A DNA stretch of 64,000 nt, taken from positions 96,001 through 160,000 of IMG/VR virus record IMGVR_UViG_3300026484_000295; one strand, written 5' to 3'. Below the pieces are notes generated by a model. The model had not been told where the DNA came from. It saw only the letters and a program-made list of their open reading frames with translations, and did not search any database. Positions within the stretch are counted from its first letter, which is position 1. Each line of letters opens with the position of its first letter. The DNA is from a virus. Shown piece by piece: positions 39,390-48,995 of this stretch. The translations under genes and the position numbers were made by a program.

Positions 39390-41231
39390 ATGAAGATTAA
39401 ATTTCGTAAAATTGAAATACAAAATTTTTATAGTTATGGTGATAAACAGGAAGTAGATTTAGATCAATTTAAAAGTACAGTTGTTTTGATAGATGGTATA
39501 GATAAAGATACAGAGGGGTCAAAAATTGGTTCTGGTAAATCATCATTCCTTGCAGCGATAACATATGCATTATTTGGTGAAACTGTTTCAAACGTAAAAG
39601 CTAATGAGATTGTAAATTATATAAAAGGTAAAAATGCATTAGTGGTTTTGACATTTGAAATGAATAATACACTCTTTAAAATTGAAAGGGGTAGAAAACC
39701 AAATATATTGAATATCTATCAAGAAATTGATAAAGATGAAAAAGGTACTATTCAATGGGAAAATATATCACGAGCTGATATTAAAGATAATGATAAACTT
39801 ATTGTCTCATTAATAAAAATCAATTTTGAAACATTTTTACAAACATCATTATTTTCTGTAGCTTCAGAACATAATAAACCTTTTTTAAATATGACGCCAT
39901 CAAATCAAAAAAAAGTTCTTGAAAATATCTTTAATTTTGATTTATTTAATAATATGATTAATGAGATAAAAGATGATGTTCGAGATAAACAGATTATTAG
40001 AGCTGAATTAGAATCTTCATTGAGAGAGGTTCAAATTTCAAATGAACAAATAGAATCACAAATAGAAAGACTGAAGGAATCTTCAGAGAAATTTGAAAAA
40101 CGTAGAAATAAACGTATTAAAGAACTGGAAGAAAGTATAGTTTTTTATAATAATATTGATATTGAAGAAGAAAAAGATAAATTTGCATTTATAGATGAGT
40201 TAAAAGAACATAAAACTAATATTATGTCAACTATTTCAGAACTAAAAATTGAGTTGAAAGATATTCAAACTGAATTAGCACGAGTTGATAGAGAAATTGA
40301 ATTGTTAGTCAACGATTATCAATCAGAAGAAGAAAATAATAAAAGTTTGAAAGGTAATATCTGTCCAACTTGTCATCAAGATTGGGAAGATCCAGATGCA
40401 ATAATAGCAAGTGATGATAAATTAAAAAAAATTGGGTCAGAAATAATTTCATTTGAGAAGAGCTTAAATGAATTTGAGGAAGTTGAACAAAAAATCTTAA
40501 AAAAAATTAAAGATAAAAAAAGTATTTTATTTGAAATTAAAGAAGCGATAGATGAAATCGAAACACAAATTGATAAAAAAGAATTGGATAATATTGATAT
40601 TATATTATCGAATATTAAGAAAGAATTAAAAAATGAAATGAATCAAGAAAACCATTATTTGATGGAAATAGAGGCAAATAAATCCTTACTTCGGGAAATA
40701 GATACAGAAACATTAGATAAAGTTGATATATGGATACAAAATATCAAAGCATTTATCAAATTGTCTGAAGATCCTAAAACAAGAGGTAAATTTTTAAGAA
40801 AATTTATAAAACAGTCCAATGAAATTTTACGAGGGTTTAAAAAATTAATACCTGATTATAATATTCATATTCAATTTAACCCTGATTTCACCATTAGGGT
40901 TATGAAATTGGGGAAAGAAGTTAATCCTGCATCTTTATCGAATGGTGAAAAGAGGATTGGAAATATTATGATAATGATAGCATTAATGAAAGTATTTAAA
41001 CTTAAAAATAATGTTGAATTTAACGCTATTTTTATGGATGAAGTTCTTGATAGTGGTATTAATGGTGCGTTATTAGAAAGTGTTTACACTTTTATAAAAA
41101 ATGTAGCAAAAGAAGAACAAATGCGGGTTTATTTGATTTCTCATAGAGAAGAAATTAAAGAAAAAGTTAAAGAAATTATAATGGTTACAAAATCAAGAGG
41201 TATTTCAACTATTGAAATAAATCCTATATGA
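39390..41231 (+). CDS. gp46: Recombination ATPase gp46 (Rad50/SbcC)
   Basis: NFYSYG, Walker A GSGKSS, zinc hook CPTC, signature LSNGEK, Walker B FMDEVLD, LISH. Confidence 0.95.
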   Translation: MKIKFRKIEIQNFYSYGDKQEVDLDQFKSTVVLIDGIDKDTEGSKIGSGKSSFLAAITYALFGETVSNVKANEIVNYIKGKNALVVLTFEMNNTLFKIERGRKPNILNIYQEIDKDEKGTIQWENISRADIKDNDKLIVSLIKINFETFLQTSLFSVASEHNKPFLNMTPSNQKKVLENIFNFDLFNNMINEIKDDVRDKQIIRAELESSLREVQISNEQIESQIERLKESSEKFEKRRNKRIKELEESIVFYNNIDIEEEKDKFAFIDELKEHKTNIMSTISELKIELKDIQTELARVDREIELLVNDYQSEEENNKSLKGNICPTCHQDWEDPDAIIASDDKLKKIGSEIISFEKSLNEFEEVEQKILKKIKDKKSILFEIKEAIDEIETQIDKKELDNIDIILSNIKKELKNEMNQENHYLMEIEANKSLLREIDTETLDKVDIWIQNIKAFIKLSEDPKTRGKFLRKFIKQSNEILRGFKKLIPDYNIHIQFNPDFTIRVMKLGKEVNPASLSNGEKRIGNIMIMIALMKVFKLKNNVEFNAIFMDEVLDSGINGALLESVYTFIKNVAKEEQMRVYLISHREEIKEKVKEIIMVTKSRGISTIEINPI

Positions 41232-41265
41232 ATTTATTGTAAAATAAGTATGAGAAGGATATAAA

Positions 41266-41916
41266 ATGAAATTTTCAGATTTAGATTTAGATATACCTTC
41301 TAAATTGTCAAATGATATTAGGTCTAAATTTATAAGGGCGTCGGTTAAAAATAATGGAAAATATCAACCTCATCCAGCAGGTATATATTTGTATAAAAAT
41401 ATACCTCAATTTAACAAAATTGCAATAGCCGATTATAAATTTATGGAGAATAATAATTATCAAAAAATTGATATTTTGAATAATACATTTTTAGATAATA
41501 TTACAAATGATGAAATGGATGAATTTATAGATTTAATTGAAATGGAAGAAATTGATTGGAATAAACTATATAAGTATAATGAACCATATCAACTTAGTAA
41601 ATATCCATCGATATTAAAAGAATTTCAGGTTTCATCGGTATTTGATATTGCTATGGTTTTATCTATAATAAGACCTGGATCAATTAAAAAATATGATACT
41701 TTAAAAAAAGCTATGAAAATAAAAAAAAAGATTAGTAAAGATATAAAGTATTATGATATTTTAAAAGACACATATGGTGTCCCCATTTTTAATGAACAAT
41801 ATAAAGAAATGGGTATTGATGATGGTGTGTATAGATATAAAAAACCGCATGCTATTGGCTATGCGTATGTATTATTGATTGATTTTTTAAAAAAAAGTCA
41901 TAAAATTAAGGAATAA
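41266..41916 (+). CDS. dnaE: Split minimal DNA polymerase III alpha, catalytic (C-side) fragment
   Basis: SDLDLD (PDFDVD), HPAG, KIDIL (KFDFL), IRPG, TYGV..F.EQ, Y.YKKPHA..YA in DnaE order. Confidence 0.8.
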   Translation: MKFSDLDLDIPSKLSNDIRSKFIRASVKNNGKYQPHPAGIYLYKNIPQFNKIAIADYKFMENNNYQKIDILNNTFLDNITNDEMDEFIDLIEMEEIDWNKLYKYNEPYQLSKYPSILKEFQVSSVFDIAMVLSIIRPGSIKKYDTLKKAMKIKKKISKDIKYYDILKDTYGVPIFNEQYKEMGIDDGVYRYKKPHAIGYAYVLLIDFLKKSHKIKE

Positions 41917-41923
41917 TTGTATA

Positions 41924-41948
41924 AAAAAAGATTTTTGAGGTCTTTTTT
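41924..41948 (+). terminator. Terminator after the dnaE fragment
   Basis: aaaaaagattt-ttg-aggtctttttt. Confidence 0.55.
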
Positions 41949-42018
41949 GATATAAATAAAAATGAATTATAAAAATAAGGTTGATATCTTATTCAAATTA
42001 AAAAAAAAGGAAGTTAAT

Positions 42019-42303
42019 ATGACAAAAGCAGATATGGTAGTACAACTACAAGAAATCATTGGTGAAGAAAAAGTTTCTAAAGCAGAATGTGAAAGAATCT
42101 GGAATGGTTTAATTGAAATTATTGCAGAAGAAGTAAAAGATGGTGGAGAAGTAAAATTTGGATCGTTATTTAAAGTGTATAAAAAACATAAAAATGCTAG
42201 AAAAGTAAGAAATCCAAGAACTGGTGAAACTTTTATGAAAGAAGCTAGAGATGAACTAGGCTGTAAAGTTATGAGAGAAGGTAAATACCTTATTCAAGAT
42301 TAG
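42019..42303 (+). CDS. hup: HU/IHF family DNA-binding protein
   Basis: MTKADMV..L, V.FG..F......AR.VRNPRTGE. Start revised to 42019 (AAGGA RBS); late box at 41951. Confidence 0.9.
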   Translation: MTKADMVVQLQEIIGEEKVSKAECERIWNGLIEIIAEEVKDGGEVKFGSLFKVYKKHKNARKVRNPRTGETFMKEARDELGCKVMREGKYLIQD

Positions 42304-42311
42304 GCATAAAA

Positions 42312-42653
42312 ATGAATGTTAGAGTTGGTGGACCAAATTCAGAAATAGAAGCTGAAGCCAAAAAGAAACTTATTACTGAGAAAAGGATTAAAGAAATCCT
42401 TTCTCAAAATCCTTCAAAACACGATTTAGACTTACTTAAAGTTAAAATACGGGATTTAACTCAATTTTATGAACGTATAATCCAATCTATCAATCATACT
42501 ATACGTATGGTGAAATCAAAAACACAGATGACTTATTTAGAACAAAAGAAATATATTCAATCTCAAGAGAAAGAATTATCACAAGCTAAACGTGAAAAAA
42601 GTAGATTAAGAAAATATTTGAAGGTATTAAATGAAAAGTTAGATAAACTTTAA
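42312..42653 (+). CDS. Hypothetical basic coiled-coil protein
   Basis: 113-aa ORF following HU. Confidence 0.6.
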   Translation: MNVRVGGPNSEIEAEAKKKLITEKRIKEILSQNPSKHDLDLLKVKIRDLTQFYERIIQSINHTIRMVKSKTQMTYLEQKKYIQSQEKELSQAKREKSRLRKYLKVLNEKLDKL

Positions 42654-42685
42654 TTAATATAAATAAAAAGAAAAAGGAAAATTTT

Positions 42686-43033
42686 ATGGCATATGAATAT
42701 ACAAGTGTAACACCAGGGATATTTAGTTTTACTATTCCGGGAGAAAATAAAACAGTAAAATTATTTACTGGTGATAAAATTATCGTTAAAAAACAACTTA
42801 CGGGTACATATCTTAAAATGTTTATTTTTAATGGTGAAGTTCCAGATGGTGATGAATTAAAAACTAATAAAACCAATCCAAAAGCAAAAGTAGCAGATAA
42901 AATAACGTCAGTTGTCGAAACTGAAGATATTCAATCAAATGATAATATAGATATTGAAATTAGTGATGCTATTAAAGAAGTTGAAGACAAACCAACCCCT
43001 AAAAGAAGAGGGAGAAAGAAAAAAGTATCATAA
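42686..43033 (+). CDS. Hypothetical late protein with basic C-terminus
   Basis: Late box at 42658, AAGGA RBS, ends KRRGRKKK. Confidence 0.65.
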   Translation: MAYEYTSVTPGIFSFTIPGENKTVKLFTGDKIIVKKQLTGTYLKMFIFNGEVPDGDELKTNKTNPKAKVADKITSVVETEDIQSNDNIDIEISDAIKEVEDKPTPKRRGRKKKVS

Positions 43034-43054
43034 AGATTCTTTATTAAAAATATT

Positions 43055-43729
43055 ATGACAAAAGATTTCTTAAAACAATACATTTTATCTATGTTGGGAG
43101 CATCACAAACAGATGTTGAATTGTCTGATGAAGATTTAGATATGTCTATATATCACGCTATAAATTATTATGGTCATAATTCATCTGAGGCATGGAATGA
43201 AGAATGGGTTGTCATACCATTAAAAGCAGGCGAAAATTATCATGAAATAGATGATTCGATAGATTTTATTATAAGTATGAATGCTATGGCAGGGCAACAA
43301 GGGACATCCTTAATTCCAGAAACAGTAGGTAAGTCTTATGAAAATGCTATGTTAGCTATGAATAATCAAGATAATGATTTACAACGGGTAATTAATCCTG
43401 TATCTACAAGGATATTATATAGGGATAATAAAAGATTTATACAAACTGATTTTGCTCCAACATCAGATTTAAATGTTGCTGCGAAAGTTATGAGGTATAA
43501 AGATTTAGCTCCAATATATTCTGATCCTTGGATACAAAAGTATGCTTTAGCTCAAGCAAAATTTACATTAGGTATTATTCGTAGTAAATATTCAAGTGTA
43601 TCTGCTCCTCAAGATATGTCTATGAATGGATCAGATTTAATTTCACAAGCTCAAACAGAAATTGAAAAATTAGAACAAGAGTTATTTGATAAATCGGTTA
43701 TTATGAATGGTGGTATTTATATCGGATAG
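43055..43729 (+). CDS. gp13: Neck protein gp13
   Basis: LKQYIL.MLGA...DVEL...DLD..I; WIQKYALAQAK..LG..RSKY; MNG..L...A..EIEKLE. Confidence 0.9.
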   Translation: MTKDFLKQYILSMLGASQTDVELSDEDLDMSIYHAINYYGHNSSEAWNEEWVVIPLKAGENYHEIDDSIDFIISMNAMAGQQGTSLIPETVGKSYENAMLAMNNQDNDLQRVINPVSTRILYRDNKRFIQTDFAPTSDLNVAAKVMRYKDLAPIYSDPWIQKYALAQAKFTLGIIRSKYSSVSAPQDMSMNGSDLISQAQTEIEKLEQELFDKSVIMNGGIYIG

Positions 43730-43792
43730 TTTATAAATTTATCGAATAATAATGAACAATAAATAAATATATGAAATAATGGAGATAAATTT

Positions 43793-44542
43793 ATGACTAG
43801 AACTGATTTTTTAAATGAAATATTACCTACATCATATACTGTAAAAGGGACATTATCTGAATCAGGACCAAATTCCAGAAAAGTTTATAATAATAAACCT
43901 AAAGATGTATTGTTTATTAAACGTATTGCGAGAGAAAAAATACATCTTGATGGTGCTCCAATCTTATATTTTCCAATTGACCCAGCCTCAAATGATTCAT
44001 TGCAATCTTTAGATTTTGATAATAGTTTAAAAGATCATACGCATATAACATTAGGAAAACCATTAGAAATGGTAGCAACATGGACACCTCAGGAATATCA
44101 AAATGATTTATCAAAATGGGGTGTTATGATGCCAGCCGGTTCAGACCACCAATTATATATTCATGTAACAGATTTAGAAGAAATTTTAAAACGAAAACCA
44201 TTAGTTGGTGATATAATCGAAACTGTTATGGATCGAACAAAATTTAAAGTAGCTGATGTATTTTATGGACACTCAAATTTATGGGAAAACATATTTTGTA
44301 TGGTAACATTAAGTAAAGTTACTTATGATAATTATACCTCACAATTAGATCAATATGATGAATCATATAAAGATACATATACAAAATTGGAAAGTATTTT
44401 AGATATTATGGATGGTACGGAACATCATAAATCTAATGCAGAAATACAAAAAGAAAAAACAAAAACTGATAGTCATAATAATAGTAAACCTAGAAAAAAA
44501 TCTATTGATACTGCATTAGATATAATGACTATGACATTATAA
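43793..44542 (+). CDS. gp14: Neck/head closure protein gp14
   Basis: Between gp13 and gp15; E.I...G....Y.P, LSKWG, RKP.VGDII. Confidence 0.75.
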   Translation: MTRTDFLNEILPTSYTVKGTLSESGPNSRKVYNNKPKDVLFIKRIAREKIHLDGAPILYFPIDPASNDSLQSLDFDNSLKDHTHITLGKPLEMVATWTPQEYQNDLSKWGVMMPAGSDHQLYIHVTDLEEILKRKPLVGDIIETVMDRTKFKVADVFYGHSNLWENIFCMVTLSKVTYDNYTSQLDQYDESYKDTYTKLESILDIMDGTEHHKSNAEIQKEKTKTDSHNNSKPRKKSIDTALDIMTMTL

Positions 44543-44557
44543 AAGGAATAGTAAATT

Positions 44558-47305
44558 ATGAATCAAAACTTTTATTATGAAGGTCGACAGATAAAAAATT
44601 ATTTAATTGGGTTTGCAAGTATATTTTCTGAAATACCTTATAAAAATCGAAATGGTAAATTAGAAAGTGTACCGATTCATTATGGTTCTCCATCAGATAT
44701 AATATCGTATTTAGAAATGAACGTAGATAATGATGAAACCCATAATAGAAATAGATTAAAAGATATATCCGTACCTTTATTTTCATTTCGTATGACATCT
44801 ATGGAGCAAAATTTAGAACGTAGAAGAGCTCCTCTTGATACTATTACTGTTGATTTACGACCATTAGGGTATGGAACAGGTTATGTAGCTATGAAACCAG
44901 CTCCCTTTAAATTTACATTTGAATTGTTATTGTGGGCTAGTAGTGATTATCAAGCATTTGAAATAGTTGAACAAATAGTACCTTACTTTAACACTCCTCA
45001 ACAAGTAACAATAGAGCCACTTCCTAGATGTCCAGTCTCAACAACAGAAGTTTTTTTAGAAAGTTTAGACATTGATACTGAGCCAGATTCTCAAAAATAT
45101 TCTGCGCTAGTAACAATGAATTTTAATTTGAGTGGATGGTTATTATCACAGCCACGCATTTGGTCAACAAATATGCAATTTGAATTATCTATGCTAGATA
45201 AAGATAATATTACTCAAGGGGTCGATTTAAATGCGACTGATTATTCTGTTGGGCATGAGATAATTGATAATAATAGTAGGAATATTAATAAAGAAACACA
45301 AAATGAAACTACTATTATATCATTTATAAAGAATTCTAATTTAAAAGAAATGTATTCTGAAACATTAGATATAATTAATATATTGAAAGATGAAGGGTAT
45401 ATTAGTTATGACGGTCATATTTTAACTGATGAAGATATTTCTATAATATATAAAGGTCAAGAAAAAGTCCTTTCTATTGAATATATAAATTGGTTAATTG
45501 ATGAAAATGAAGATCTTGAATATCTCTACAAAAATTTTAATATGCAAGAAAAATTATTAGCACAAGATTTGAAAGCTGATAATTTAATACTTGATACTAT
45601 AATTCATGATGATAGTGAGACTATTGAAATTTATTTAAAATTATTAGATAATAATTTGGTAACATTTGGTTTTAACTTAACAGATATACAAATATCTAAT
45701 GCTGAAAAATTAAATATATTTGGTACCCCTAGAATTGATATCGATGATGTTTTAAATAGAATGAAAATGTATTATAGTGTACTTACTAATTTCAAAGTAA
45801 AAAAAGAATCTATATTGTTTAATATTGATAGTAAAATTAAACCTACATTTATTAAATTTGAATTACCAAAAGATTTTGAAATTGATGAACGATTAAAAAT
45901 ATATAATACTAACTTCATAATTGATAAAATTGAAACTGTAATTAATGAGGATTTAAGTGTCGATATGTATCTGAAATTAGATTCTAACCAAAAATTATAT
46001 TATTTAGAAAATGATAATTTGATTGAAATGGAATATGATGAAAAATTTAATTTTAAACCTGTATTAGGTACTATGAATATTTATGCTATAACAATAGATA
46101 CACAATGTTATATATTTGGTGGACTATTATATGATCCAACGGATACTTTATTTGATTCCAATAAATATTTTATTAATGGACAAAAAATTCCATTAGAGTT
46201 AAGTAATGATATTCAAAAAGTGGTTGATATAGAAAAAGTATTAAATTCTTCATTTAAAAATATTGATAAATTTATAATCGCTACATTATTATTTAATAAA
46301 ATAAAAGATAATTTATTAGATATTAATGATTTAGATGATTATGATTTATTTAAAATTGCTAATAAAAAATATAATATTACAAAATATGACGTTGTTGAAT
46401 ATGCGAATATTTTATATTCGTTGAATACAAAGCTAACTAATAACATTGATTTAATTAGTATTCCTTCAAATTTACCAATTTCAACCGATGAATTTAATAA
46501 TAAGCAAATTGATATATCACCGGATTTATCTATGGTGTTAGCATTAGATAAAAATAATAAACCTATATATGATGTTAATAATGACGGTTATATAAACAAG
46601 ACCGATTTGGAAATATTAGGGTCTGAAGTTGATGATATAGAATCATATGACTATGAACTAAAATATGGTATTTGGTATAAACGTTTTAATATTAATGATG
46701 TATCAGAAGAAAGAATACTTAAAATATCACAGAATCTTAAAACAATCTATTATTTAACTGAAAAAAATGATATGATAGAATTAAAATTGTATTTAGAATT
46801 AAAAGATCAAGGATTAGTATCGGATCAATATTCTATAATTTCTACGGAAAAAAATTTAAAAAAAATAAAAGCTTTAGGTTATAATTCGGAAGAATTAGAA
46901 GATAAACTTCTTTTTATGAGAATGTTTGTAGAAGCGGTAAAAAATATAATGATTGATGATAGAGATTTTATATTATATCAAGTTCCAGAAATGAATGAAG
47001 ACAGTAAGTCTTTGTTATATCGAACTGAAGGATTGGATATTGATAGTATCGTTTTAGGTAAATTCATTGAAAAATATTTTCAATTATTGGATGATTATGA
47101 TCAACGTATAAAAGATGATATTCTATTTAGACAATTATTATCAAAAGATATGGGTGAATTTTATAATGCTGCATACGAATTTAATCTTATGTGGGTGGAT
47201 ATAGTAAAAACGGATTTTTTTAAAAATAGTTTGCAAGTAAAAACTCCAAGATTGGATGAAATTTTACCATATGTAAAAGAAAAAATAGATGAAATCCTAA
47301 AATAG
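44558..47305 (+). CDS. gp15: Tail sheath terminator gp15 with a C-terminal extension of about 680 aa
   Basis: FYY..QIK.YL..F..IFS, VPI.YG, P.FSF.MT, P.PF.F.FEL..W, EIVEQI.PYF.P. Confidence 0.85.
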   Translation: MNQNFYYEGRQIKNYLIGFASIFSEIPYKNRNGKLESVPIHYGSPSDIISYLEMNVDNDETHNRNRLKDISVPLFSFRMTSMEQNLERRRAPLDTITVDLRPLGYGTGYVAMKPAPFKFTFELLLWASSDYQAFEIVEQIVPYFNTPQQVTIEPLPRCPVSTTEVFLESLDIDTEPDSQKYSALVTMNFNLSGWLLSQPRIWSTNMQFELSMLDKDNITQGVDLNATDYSVGHEIIDNNSRNINKETQNETTIISFIKNSNLKEMYSETLDIINILKDEGYISYDGHILTDEDISIIYKGQEKVLSIEYINWLIDENEDLEYLYKNFNMQEKLLAQDLKADNLILDTIIHDDSETIEIYLKLLDNNLVTFGFNLTDIQISNAEKLNIFGTPRIDIDDVLNRMKMYYSVLTNFKVKKESILFNIDSKIKPTFIKFELPKDFEIDERLKIYNTNFIIDKIETVINEDLSVDMYLKLDSNQKLYYLENDNLIEMEYDEKFNFKPVLGTMNIYAITIDTQCYIFGGLLYDPTDTLFDSNKYFINGQKIPLELSNDIQKVVDIEKVLNSSFKNIDKFIIATLLFNKIKDNLLDINDLDDYDLFKIANKKYNITKYDVVEYANILYSLNTKLTNNIDLISIPSNLPISTDEFNNKQIDISPDLSMVLALDKNNKPIYDVNNDGYINKTDLEILGSEVDDIESYDYELKYGIWYKRFNINDVSEERILKISQNLKTIYYLTEKNDMIELKLYLELKDQGLVSDQYSIISTEKNLKKIKALGYNSEELEDKLLFMRMFVEAVKNIMIDDRDFILYQVPEMNEDSKSLLYRTEGLDIDSIVLGKFIEKYFQLLDDYDQRIKDDILFRQLLSKDMGEFYNAAYEFNLMWVDIVKTDFFKNSLQVKTPRLDEILPYVKEKIDEILK

Positions 47306-47334
47306 AAATAAATAAAATAAAAAAGGAGATTAAT

Positions 47335-47532
47335 ATGAGAATTTCAAAATTATTTGAATCTGCACCTAGAAAGAAAGGTAAAACTACTGCTAATGATGTA
47401 AGAGTGTGGTTGGATAAAATAAATAACGGTGAAGCTACTGAAGAAGATATTCAATTATATGATGATTTAAAAAGTATATCACGAAAATTGGGTGGTAAAA
47501 CAACAGTAATAGAAATACTTAAAGCTATTTAA
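47335..47532 (+). CDS. Small late protein, candidate internal head protein
   Basis: AATAAATA box, AAGGAG RBS, N-terminus MRISKLFE-S, own terminator. Confidence 0.6.
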   Translation: MRISKLFESAPRKKGKTTANDVRVWLDKINNGEATEEDIQLYDDLKSISRKLGGKTTVIEILKAI

Positions 47533-47555
47533 TATAGGGTCCACCCTATATTAAA
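47528..47555. terminator. Bidirectional terminator
   Basis: tttaatataggg-tcca-ccctatattaaa. Confidence 0.8.
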
Positions 47556-47561
47556 ACAAAA

Positions 47562-48266
47562 TCAAAATATTTTACCTAATAAAACTCTCGATAAATCTTC
47601 AGGTTTATATAAACTTACATCTTCAAACCAATGTATATTAACACCAGAACCTTTTAAAAATTCTAACGATTTAAAATATGCATCTCTACGTTTATTTAAA
47701 ATCTCTATATCTAAAGTATCATTAGAGTCTACCAAACCATTTTTAATATCAGATTCCGTTCTTTCAATTATTAAATCGTTTGGTAAATCAAGGAATATAA
47801 TATCTGTCGGCATTTTTATAAATTTATTTGTATTGAGAGCAACTTTTATAAATTCTAAATCAGTTCTACTATTATTATAAAATGCTTGGTATGCTAATGT
47901 GGATATAAAATAACGATCAAATAGATAATTTGACTCATTAATTATGTTAGTATTCACAATTTGATAATTATTACTATTATTATCATTAATAAGTTTAGTA
48001 TTTAAAAATAATTCATTCATCCAATAGTGACTCATTTCGGATAAAAAATTGGGTGTGTTTACTATCGATGAATCCGGATTTGATGAATTTAATTCATTTC
48101 TAATTATAGCTCCAATAGGGGTAGATGGATTTGGGAATGAAAATCTATTTAATTTTTTTCCATTTGTTCCTTGTATTTGATTCCATACCATTTCAAACGA
48201 ATCACAAAATGAAGATTTTCCAGTTTTATCAAGACCTTCAACGGCTATAATTTTATTAATTATCAT
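47562..48266 (-). CDS. tmk: Thymidylate (dTMP) kinase
   Basis: IIAVEGLDKTGKSS, FP...TPIG..IR, FDRYF.ST.AYQ, P...IFLD. Confidence 0.9.
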   Translation of the reverse strand: MIINKIIAVEGLDKTGKSSFCDSFEMVWNQIQGTNGKKLNRFSFPNPSTPIGAIIRNELNSSNPDSSIVNTPNFLSEMSHYWMNELFLNTKLINDNNSNNYQIVNTNIINESNYLFDRYFISTLAYQAFYNNSRTDLEFIKVALNTNKFIKMPTDIIFLDLPNDLIIERTESDIKNGLVDSNDTLDIEILNKRRDAYFKSLEFLKGSGVNIHWFEDVSLYKPEDLSRVLLGKIF

Positions 48267-48359
48267 AATTTAATACCTTTTTATTTTATTTATTTTTTAT
48301 TTTACAATTTTGTTTGAATAAAGAATAAATAAAGATAATTAATAAAACGGAGATTTAAA

Positions 48360-48986
48360 ATGTCTAGACTGATTGATATTCTAAATAAGAATAAAATGAT
48401 AAAATTAAAAGAAGCTGATGAAGAGGCTCCGGCTGAAAATACTGATGAACTGACTTTGGATGATGCTCAAACTGATACTGAAGATCCTGGAGCAGGCGAA
48501 GCTCCAGTTGAGGGTACAGAAGAAGTTCAGGATGATACTGCCGAAGATGAAGATGCTGTGATTGGTGATGAAACAGACAATTCAACTGATGTTCCGCCAG
48601 AAGAAAATAATGATATGGAAACACCCACAGAAGATATTGATAAAGCTATTGAGGAAATGATAGGTATGACGGAAATTCAGCATACATCTAGTTCGACGAT
48701 AATTGATTTTGAGGATGGTGGTCAAGTAATGTTTGTTCACCCAATGGTATCATTAAAAAGTGAAACCTTGAATGAAATAATTAAATTGATTATGAAAGAC
48801 ATAACAAAGACGTATGCTTCGAATAAAGATGAAATAACAGGGAAGGATTTAAATAAAACTAGGTATTGGAAAAGTTTAAGTACTCTTATTGAAACAATGG
48901 TTAGAAGTCAATTAACAAAAAGTGATAATATGAATGGTTTGATTGATGAAATTAAACAAGTATTTAAAGTTTTAGAAGTAAAATAA
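48360..48986 (+). CDS. Late protein with acidic low-complexity N-terminus (probable head-associated protein)
   Basis: LKE-A site followed by a D/E/P/T-rich tract; AATAAATA box upstream. Confidence 0.55.
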   Translation: MSRLIDILNKNKMIKLKEADEEAPAENTDELTLDDAQTDTEDPGAGEAPVEGTEEVQDDTAEDEDAVIGDETDNSTDVPPEENNDMETPTEDIDKAIEEMIGMTEIQHTSSSTIIDFEDGGQVMFVHPMVSLKSETLNEIIKLIMKDITKTYASNKDEITGKDLNKTRYWKSLSTLIETMVRSQLTKSDNMNGLIDEIKQVFKVLEVK

Positions 48987-48995
48987 TAGGATATA

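Noticed and set aside
41266-41916. dnaE halves as a trans-splicing split intein pair (cyanobacterial type) or a pseudogene
   Set aside because: No intein motifs (no C-terminal HN, no CL start). Both ORFs have their own promoter and RBS and retain the catalytic residues.
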